Positions 1 through 6,692 of a DNA stretch of 10,440 nt are shown here, one piece after another. Both the position numbers and the translations under genes were made by a program. Positions within the stretch are counted from its first letter, which is position 1. Every line of letters begins with the position of its first letter. Location: positions 1 through 10,440 of the forward strand of contig CAYUTF010000102.1 of NCBI GenBank assembly GCA_964447495.1, in the 5' to 3' direction. This DNA is from an uncultured archaeon (lineage in GTDB: Archaea > Asgardarchaeota > Lokiarchaeia > Sigyniarchaeales > SOKP01). The notes under the pieces were generated by a model. The model was not told the origin of the DNA. It ran no database searches and was given only the letters and a program-made list of their open reading frames with translations.

Positions 1-2109
1 TTTTCTTTTTTCATATCTAATTCGAATAATAAATGCAAAACTATATAATATTAAAACTAACAATAATAGTGTTAATGCCGTTCCTGCAGCTCTCTCCAGA
101 CCGCCTGTAACCTCATTACTCAGTCTAAATAAATGATATGTAAGAGCCATAACAGGATTAAGAACGGAGAGAGTGATATATGTAGAATGGGACCTTACCG
201 CAGTAAACATAATTGGAGCAGTTTCTCCGGCACTACGCCCCATTCCTAAGACTGCTCCAGTCACAATTCCAGGTATAGCGGCAGGTACTACAATTTTACC
301 AATTCCTTGCCACTTACTTGAGCCTAAAGCTAAACTCCCCTCTCTAAAAGATTTAGGTATTGCTTTAACCGACTCTTCTGTGGTTCTTATGATGGTAGGA
401 AGTATCATCAAACCTAAGGTAAAGATACCGACTAGTAAGGATCTTGGTAATCCAAGAAATAAGAGAAAAAAGACCACCCCAAATAAACCAAATACGATCG
501 ATGGGGTACCGTTTAAATTATCAATTCCAGCTCTAATAAATCTAGTAATTTTATTATCTTTAGCATATTCAGAAAGATATATTCCTGCAAACATCCCAAG
601 AGGAAGAGCAAACAGAATAGAACCACCTGTAAGTTGCAGTGTTCCTATAATTGCTGGAAAGATTCCACCTTCTCTTCCACTATTACTTGGAACTCCTGTG
701 AGAAATCCTGGTTCAAGGAATACGGGCAATCCAGTAACTACAATATAATATATCAAAATTCCAACAGCAAATACAGCAAATGCAGAGCTTCCATATATTA
801 TTATGAACCATATCCGTTGTTGAATAACCGTAGATATTCGCTTGAGGAATATTAAGGATACAAAAATTAAACAACTTATAGATACAGCTAAAAATATCCC
901 AATCCATGTACTGAGGACCCATCCCAAAAATGATAAAAGAACTGAATATATAACTAAAATTTTCCGTTGTTTTGGTACTATTTTATAAATATAATAAACA
1001 ATACTCAATCCAATACAAAAAATTGCTCCAATCAACTTCGAGATATAATCTGGCAAAATTAAAAGAATTATAATAGAAATAATAGCGGTTAATATCCATT
1101 GTTTATATTTTATAAAAAATTGAGACATCTTTATATTTTTTAGTTTAGAATATTTTTCTTTTGGTTTTTGCCCTGTAAATTTTCTTTGAACCCGTGTTAA
1201 TATAATATTGGATAAGGTATTTACAATTAAAGTCATGAGAAAAAGGACAATAGCAAGAGCTAATAAACTTCTTTGTTCCAAACTTCCTTCAACTGTTGGA
1301 CCCCAAGTTGAGGCTATTGTTGATGTAATTACTGCTACTTGACTCAGCATATTTGCAAGGGGGTCAGGTAATCGAAATTTATTACCTAATACCAAAGTCA
1401 TCGCCATTGTTTCACCCATTGCTCGGCCGATTCCTAAAATCATAGCGGCAGTGATACCAGACATACCCGCAGGAATCACTACTTTACGAATAGTTTGCCA
1501 TTTTGTTGCTCCAATAGCATAGGACGCTTGCCTATAATAATCTGGAACTGCTCTTATTGCATCTTCACATACAGACACAATAGTAGGTAAGGCCATTATT
1601 GCCAGAATTAGGGATCCCGATAACCAGCTTTTTCCATCATGCATTCCAAAAATATCTTTCAACCAAGTATTTAGAATAATCACCCCAAAAAAGCCATAAA
1701 CAATTGATGGGATGCCTGCTAAAATTTCTATGACGAATTTAAGTACTTTTCTTAATAATGGAGGAGCAAGCTCTGCGATGAAGATTGCAGTTAATATACC
1801 TAATGGCAGAGCGATAATAATTGCACCAAGCGTGACTAAAAGTGTATCAACGATAATAGGTAATGCACCATAATCTCCTGCTCCTGGAAGCCAATTTGTA
1901 CCAAAAAAGAAATCATTTAAAGGAACAACAATGAAAAATGGAGCACCATTAATGAAGAGGAATATAATAATTAAAAATACAAAAACTGTTGCTATTGAAG
2001 CAAATGCAAATAAGATCCATTTTACTACTGGATCTCTATTCTTCTTTAAATAGGAAAGATCCTTATCATTAAAATATATCTTCTGATCAAAAACAGTTTC
2101 CGTGGTCAT
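1..2109 (-). CDS. pstCA: Phosphate ABC transporter permease, PstC-PstA fusion (3' end runs off the left edge; at least 703 aa)
   Basis: Translated by hand: ATG at 2109-2107 (MTTETVFDQK), an in-frame TAA five codons upstream, and no stop down to base 1. The PstC half (~2109-1160) has FFGTNWLP, LAGIPSIVYGFFG, EDAIRAVPDYYRQASYAIGATKWQ and GRAMGETMA. The PstA half (~840-1) has GGIFPAIIGT, LNGTPSIVFGLFG, REGSLALGSSKWQ and GRSAGETAPIMFT, and ends ...IRIRYEKRK at the edge. It is absent from the ORF track, presumably because its stop lies outside the window. Confidence 0.95.
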   Translation of the reverse strand, partial: MTTETVFDQKIYFNDKDLSYLKKNRDPVVKWILFAFASIATVFVFLIIIFLFINGAPFFIVVPLNDFFFGTNWLPGAGDYGALPIIVDTLLVTLGAIIIALPLGILTAIFIAELAPPLLRKVLKFVIEILAGIPSIVYGFFGVIILNTWLKDIFGMHDGKSWLSGSLILAIMALPTIVSVCEDAIRAVPDYYRQASYAIGATKWQTIRKVVIPAGMSGITAAMILGIGRAMGETMAMTLVLGNKFRLPDPLANMLSQVAVITSTIASTWGPTVEGSLEQRSLLALAIVLFLMTLIVNTLSNIILTRVQRKFTGQKPKEKYSKLKNIKMSQFFIKYKQWILTAIISIIILLILPDYISKLIGAIFCIGLSIVYYIYKIVPKQRKILVIYSVLLSFLGWVLSTWIGIFLAVSISCLIFVSLIFLKRISTVIQQRIWFIIIYGSSAFAVFAVGILIYYIVVTGLPVFLEPGFLTGVPSNSGREGGIFPAIIGTLQLTGGSILFALPLGMFAGIYLSEYAKDNKITRFIRAGIDNLNGTPSIVFGLFGVVFFLLFLGLPRSLLVGIFTLGLMILPTIIRTTEESVKAIPKSFREGSLALGSSKWQGIGKIVVPAAIPGIVTGAVLGMGRSAGETAPIMFTAVRSHSTYITLSVLNPVMALTYHLFRLSNEVTGGLERAAGTALTLLLLVLILYSFAFIIRIRYEKRK

Positions 2110-2260
2110 ATTTATCTCATTTTATCATATTAATGAATTGATAATTTAGCAAATTAATATCGTAAAATATTTTTAGGTGTTTAATTGTAAAAACTTATTC
2201 TTTATGGGGAAATGAACATTAGATTAATTAAATTCATGGTCACCATATATTATGGTCAAA

Positions 2261-2285
2261 TATATAGGTTATATATTATATATAG
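2261..2285 (-). promoter_or_regulatory. CTATATA boxes upstream of pstCA
   Basis: Minus-strand CTATATA at 2285-2279 and 2267-2261. CTATATATAAT (2285-2275) is identical to 6647-6657. Confidence 0.45.
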
Positions 2286-2349
2286 AATTTTAAAATAATA
2301 TAAATAAAAAATTATAAAATCAGCTTTATAAATAATCAATATTAAAGAT

Positions 2350-2385
2350 AAAAAAAATAAAAATTTGAAATTCAAAACCAAAAAA
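2350..2385 (-). terminator. Putative oligo-T terminator of pstS
   Basis: Minus-strand T-tracts just after the pstS stop, surrounding the short inverted repeat TTTGAA-A-TTCAAA (2364-2376). Confidence 0.45.
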
Positions 2386-2394
2386 CTTTTTCAT

Positions 2395-3306
2395 TTAAAA
2401 CCAAAGACGAATAAAACCTTCATCAGCTACGACTTTTTGACCATAAGGGCCATAAATAAAGTCTAAGAAGGCTTGTACCCATCCACTAGCAGGTCCATTG
2501 GTTAAAAGATGTAGAGACCTTGAAATTGGATACGAATCGTCTAATACTGTTGATACGGAAGGAGCTATGCCATCAACTGGAACAGCAATGATGCTTGTAT
2601 CAACATAGCCAAGACCACAATATCCAAATCCATAGTTATTACTAGCTACTCCTTGAACCATAAGAGAGTTTGAAGCCACTAAAGTATATCCAGTGACTGC
2701 GGTGCTGTATCCAGGATTGTCTCCTAGTTCTTCCCCTAAGTAGGTGACTAATTCTTCATAGGTTGCTCTTGTACCAGAACCATCAGCTCTAGTATAGCAA
2801 TCAATTGAATCAAACACTAGTGAACCATCAATATCATCCCAAGTATCATAGGTTCCATTGTATATTAAAAAGACTTGATCCATTGTTAAACCATTTGATT
2901 CTAACCAAGCAGCATTTGGATGATCAGCATCAATTATTACAGCAATACCATCTTTAGCAAACTTATAATCGATTAAAGTACCAGCAGCAGTTACATTCTC
3001 ATCGGGTTTTATATTTCTTGAGGACATACCAATATCATTAAGACCAGAGATTGTGTCTGAAATTCCAGAACCAGATCCGGTACCAGTTACGGAAATATCC
3101 ACATTTGGATTAAGAACCATAAACTGTTCAGAACATGTGGTTATTACAGGCTCACATGTAGTTGATCCCGTAATTTCGAAAGTTACTATTTGTGTTCCAC
3201 CAGGAGTTAAAACAGCGGTAATTCCCCAGCCAATAAACGTTCCACCAATTAGACCTATTGCTACCATTAAAATAGCTAAACCATTTTTTTTCATTTGTTT
3301 TTTCAC
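2395..3306 (-). CDS. pstS: Phosphate ABC transporter substrate-binding protein PstS, with N-terminal membrane anchor
   Basis: Motifs ITGSTT, TGSGSG, DIGMSSR, DGIAVI, RADGSGTR and YPISRSL. Basic N-terminus followed by a hydrophobic helix, with no lipobox Cys after it. The listed start is GTG (3306); the in-frame ATG at 3294 is an alternative. Adjacent to pstCA. Confidence 0.95.
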   Translation of the reverse strand: MKKQMKKNGLAILMVAIGLIGGTFIGWGITAVLTPGGTQIVTFEITGSTTCEPVITTCSEQFMVLNPNVDISVTGTGSGSGISDTISGLNDIGMSSRNIKPDENVTAAGTLIDYKFAKDGIAVIIDADHPNAAWLESNGLTMDQVFLIYNGTYDTWDDIDGSLVFDSIDCYTRADGSGTRATYEELVTYLGEELGDNPGYSTAVTGYTLVASNSLMVQGVASNNYGFGYCGLGYVDTSIIAVPVDGIAPSVSTVLDDSYPISRSLHLLTNGPASGWVQAFLDFIYGPYGQKVVADEGFIRLWF

Positions 3307-3373
3307 TAAATTTTTGAATAATTTATAAATTTAGGTTAATTTGATTTGTAATTTAGGACATAAAAGAAATTTC

Positions 3374-3419
3374 GATATAGATTATTGCGGAGTATTTATA
3401 ATATAGATTCTATATAGTC
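3374..3419 (-). promoter_or_regulatory. pstS upstream operator/promoter with CTATAT boxes
   Basis: The minus strand reads GACTATATAGAATCTATATTATAAATA (3419-3393), followed by CTATATC (3380-3374). The first 23 nt are 20/23 identical to 6645-6667. Confidence 0.6.
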
Positions 3420-3532
3420 CTATCTTCTGCAGAAAAAAGCCCTTATTGTCGAATTATAAATGATCTAATAATATTAAGGAGATATAGCTATAAATTTCTA
3501 GATAAAGATATATATCAATTTCTTTAGCTAGT

Positions 3533-4069
3533 TTATTTCGAAATTAAGTTATTTGATTTTATTACATATTCTGCTAGCGTTTCAAATGATAAATCAATAT
3601 TTAATCCTGTTTTTGAAGATGTCTTTATATAATCAATTAGACCAAAGCGCTCTTTTGTTTTTTGAGCATAAATATCGCCAACAATCGAGAATTCTTCAAG
3701 ATCACATTTAGCTGCTATTAAAATAATAGGTAAATTCTGATAATATTTTTTCACTAGATTAACCCATTTCCCAATATTAACGAAACTGGTCATGTTTGTC
3801 GTGTCAAAGAGTAATAATGCTCCACTGGCACCTCTCATATATTTATCTATCATGAATCGGAAGCGATCTTGACCAGATATATCCCATAGGATCAATTGAC
3901 ATAAAATTGAATCCAATTCTACTTGTTTTGAAAGAAACTCTACTCCAATCGTCATAGTAGCGGTATCAAGAAACTTGCCTTGTACATATCTGTGAAGAAG
4001 TGTTGTTTTACCAACTGCTCCATCACCTAAAACAAGAAATTTCAAAGCAATTTGTTTCATGTAATACAC
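3533..4069 (-). CDS. Rab-like small GTPase (Ras superfamily, Asgard type)
   Basis: G1 GDGAVGKT, switch I TIGVEF (RabF1-like), G3 WDISGQ followed by DRFRFM, G4 variant AKCD, G5 TSSKTG. No C-terminal Cys prenylation motif. The listed start is GTG; ATG at 4060 is an alternative. Confidence 0.93.
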   Translation of the reverse strand: MYYMKQIALKFLVLGDGAVGKTTLLHRYVQGKFLDTATMTIGVEFLSKQVELDSILCQLILWDISGQDRFRFMIDKYMRGASGALLLFDTTNMTSFVNIGKWVNLVKKYYQNLPIILIAAKCDLEEFSIVGDIYAQKTKERFGLIDYIKTSSKTGLNIDLSFETLAEYVIKSNNLISK

Positions 4070-4137
4070 ATATAAAAATTTATTTGGATTGAGTAAATCT
4101 TTATAGAGACGTATCGACTAAAAATATTTACAAATTT

Positions 4138-4150
4138 AAAAAAAGAAAAA
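4138..4150 (-). terminator. Putative oligo-T terminator after the C45 gene
   Basis: Plus-strand A-tract aaaaaaagaaaaa, a T-tract on the coding strand, ~40 bp after the stop. Confidence 0.35.
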
Positions 4151-4190
4151 CATGTATCATAATTTAATTTAATGAAATTCGAGAAAAAAT

Positions 4191-5489
4191 TCAGATTGGA
4201 ATTATTCCTATATTCTCGTGAACCGTTCCAATTCCAAAGTAATTTGTGGTTAAGAAAGCAACTGTACCATCCCCAGTAAGACCACTTTCATCCCGACAAA
4301 TAATTGGTTTATCACCTAATAATGACAAGAGTTCACTATTAGTCAATTCGTTATCTTCAAAAGCGGAATTTAGAAGAGTTTCAGCATGTTCTTGCCGATC
4401 TTTAGAATAAGTAGGATCCGCTAATTTATCTTGCCAAGTTTCATTTAAGTAGGTATTAGAGTGCACTATTGTTGGATTAGGATATAATTTATTGATTTCA
4501 TTAGGTAAACATTGAACTGAGATTAAGCTATCGTTCTGAGCGATTAATATATTACATCCATAAGGGATATTATTATTTTCAAAAAGGATATCATAGCAAT
4601 GTTCTACATTAGTTGATTGAGAAAATGCTTCCCGTGCTAAAACGAAAAATGGTGTTGTTAACTCAGAAAGAATATTTAATTGTACTAAATTTATATTCAT
4701 AACAATGCCGTTCTCATTTTTTCCCATAGGCAAAGTACAAGTTCCAATACGATAAGTAAATACTAAGGGATCATTTTGGAATTTATGTAATATAAAAGCC
4801 CCACATGCTCCCATAGGTTTTATAAGGTCAATATTTTGACCAATTAGCGTGAGATTATTATTATTAATTGTTCCAAAAGCAGTGCAACCAAAAGAAACAC
4901 TTTTCTCTAACGATGTACGTCCATATAATATTTCAAGAAAAACTGATTGAACTAAGACATCTTCAAATGACACATAGAGCCCACTCCCAGCTGAAGCTCC
5001 TTCACTGATGCCATGTAACTCAAGTAAATATTTTTCTGGTATATATTCTAAGTACTGTCTACTCAATTCTATCATAGAAAAATAATTCATTCCAAACATT
5101 AAAGAGGATATTAGCAATTCGTATTTCATTAGAGCAATATTAAAAGCTAAACCCTTTCCTGTATGATATCCTAAATCATAATAATCATTCGCTTCAATAT
5201 AGAGATAAGCTTCTCCATTACTCGTCCGCCATTCAGAAAAGCCTGAAGTTGTTCGCGTATATGCTATACGATTACTTACATTATAAAAAGTAAAGACTAT
5301 TCCTCCTAATAGTAAATATATTCCTATAACCGCTAATAATTTTTTACTCCGAATTAACCTTTTTTTGAATTTAAACTGGCACTTCAGAATTTTTTTTAAT
5401 GAGCTCCCTCTTTTTTTAAGATAAATATCAGATAAATAAAGAAATCCTAAAGAAAAGGATGTTGTTAGTATAACTGTTATCCAAATCAT
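4191..5489 (-). CDS. Membrane-anchored peptidase C45 / acyl-CoA:6-APA acyltransferase-like Ntn-hydrolase
   Basis: YDLGYHTG and ELHGISEGA in the pro-region, putative autocleavage site G|CTAFG, then GQNID, GKNENGI and VHSNTY, which match the C45 pattern. Two hydrophobic segments at the N-terminus. Confidence 0.8.
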   Translation of the reverse strand: MIWITVILTTSFSLGFLYLSDIYLKKRGSSLKKILKCQFKFKKRLIRSKKLLAVIGIYLLLGGIVFTFYNVSNRIAYTRTTSGFSEWRTSNGEAYLYIEANDYYDLGYHTGKGLAFNIALMKYELLISSLMFGMNYFSMIELSRQYLEYIPEKYLLELHGISEGASAGSGLYVSFEDVLVQSVFLEILYGRTSLEKSVSFGCTAFGTINNNNLTLIGQNIDLIKPMGACGAFILHKFQNDPLVFTYRIGTCTLPMGKNENGIVMNINLVQLNILSELTTPFFVLAREAFSQSTNVEHCYDILFENNNIPYGCNILIAQNDSLISVQCLPNEINKLYPNPTIVHSNTYLNETWQDKLADPTYSKDRQEHAETLLNSAFEDNELTNSELLSLLGDKPIICRDESGLTGDGTVAFLTTNYFGIGTVHENIGIIPI

Positions 5490-5573
5490 TTTTATGAAGA
5501 CTAATTTAATATTAAATTATAAATGTGTACGGAAAAACTAATATAACCTACACGAAATTTTAAAAAAATTAGG

Positions 5574-5587
5574 AAAAATAAAAAAAA
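5574..5587 (-). terminator. Putative oligo-T terminator after the 8-TM gene
   Basis: Plus-strand A-tracts immediately adjacent to the stop codon at 5588. Confidence 0.35.
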
Positions 5588-6421
5588 TTATTTTTTGGCA
5601 TAACTCGATCTGGTTATGAAACCAATAAACATTAGAATATACACTCCAATATCTATAAATTCTGCAAGTACTACGGGAAAAACTTCAAAGGATAAAGATA
5701 AAAGAGAGCGAATAATACTCGCAACAATCAATAAGAGAAATGACAATCCAATTATTAATCCATTTGCTTGAGAGAGGTATTTGTTCTTATACATATACAG
5801 AAACATAATTGCAATGAATAAGAACATTGGAAATGATATAAATGGAAGCAGAATATTCATGAATGATATCCTGGGGGCTATGACTATTAGAATAGCAATC
5901 ACAATAATATATATGATTATTATTCTTCTTCGAATCTTATTGAATTGTTGTTTATTCATTTCTTTCTTTTTATAAAGATTCACAAAAGTTAATATCGCTT
6001 CTAGACCGACATAGAGAATAGGTATAATATTCAAAATGACGATAGCAAATCTGATTTTTAATAAAAACAAGAGAAAATTCAAATTAAAATTGCCAGTAAG
6101 AAATCCAAGGTTCCAGAAAATATCTAATATTTTTCCTGTTGTCAAAATCCAGAAAAAAGAACCAAACAGGAAATATGCATCGGATGTAAATATCGCATCT
6201 TGTTTTAACCAACGTCTATAGATGTAATAACTCATTAAGGCTAATATTAAAACTTTAGAAAGGCTGATTATGAACCCTATCCATAATCCTTCGGTTGTAA
6301 TGAAAACTTCCGCTAATAAGTTCCAAAAAAGAGTAAAAAGAACACTATAAGAAATTACAGTGATTATAACCACTAAGATAATATAGAGCTTAAATTTTCG
6401 CTTTTTTTCTTCCATAAACAT
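5588..6421 (-). CDS. Uncharacterised multi-pass membrane protein (~8 TM helices)
   Basis: 277-aa ORF with about eight hydrophobic segments separated by Lys/Arg-rich loops. No catalytic motif recognised. Confidence 0.85.
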   Translation of the reverse strand: MFMEEKKRKFKLYIILVVIITVISYSVLFTLFWNLLAEVFITTEGLWIGFIISLSKVLILALMSYYIYRRWLKQDAIFTSDAYFLFGSFFWILTTGKILDIFWNLGFLTGNFNLNFLLFLLKIRFAIVILNIIPILYVGLEAILTFVNLYKKKEMNKQQFNKIRRRIIIIYIIVIAILIVIAPRISFMNILLPFISFPMFLFIAIMFLYMYKNKYLSQANGLIIGLSFLLLIVASIIRSLLSLSFEVFPVVLAEFIDIGVYILMFIGFITRSSYAKK

Positions 6422-6615
6422 TACCCTAGGTTGCCAAATTTTATATTGTAAAAGTAATATAATTTTAATTTATAATATAATTTAGACAATATATTTTTAT
6501 ACTTCACCTTTTAAATTTCTTCAAAAAAATAAAAATGCATTTTCTATATAGTTATTTCATTCGTTTCTAAGCAGAATAAAGACTTTTAAGATAGGTTTTA
6601 AGGTGAGACTTCGAT

Positions 6616-6689
6616 CTATATATATCTATAGAGAGGAATATATTGACTATATATAATCTTTATAATATTGTTATTCTTTATTCTATATA
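6616..6689 (+). promoter_or_regulatory. phoU promoter with phased CTATATA-like boxes and a TATA-like element
   Basis: Heptamers at 6616 CTATATA, 6626 CTATAGA, 6637 AATATAT, 6647 CTATATA, 6658 CTTTATA and 6683 CTATATA. TTTATAA at 6659-6665 lies ~30 bp before the ATG, consistent with a leaderless or short-leader archaeal promoter. Confidence 0.6.
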
Positions 6690-6692
6690 ATT

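Noticed and set aside
173-748. 191-aa plus-strand ORF
   Set aside because: Antisense shadow of the PstA half of pstCA, which carries the real motifs.
634-922. 73-aa (+) and 69-aa (-) ORFs
   Set aside because: Both lie inside pstCA, one antisense and one out of frame. The Cys-rich look of the 69-aa ORF comes from reading hydrophobic codons off-frame.
841-1160. Possible frameshift or readthrough joining pstC and pstA
   Set aside because: Codon-by-codon reading shows one continuous frame with no stop, so no recoding is needed.
3053-3328. 91-aa plus-strand ORF
   Set aside because: Antisense to the 5' part of pstS, with no independent motif.
5781-6221. 64-aa and 61-aa plus-strand ORFs
   Set aside because: Antisense shadows of the 8-TM gene.
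5588-6421. Calling the 8-TM protein a rhodopsin or GPCR coupled to the GTPase
   Set aside because: No retinal-binding Lys in the last helix and no GPCR motifs. The GTPase is Rab-like, not G-alpha-like.
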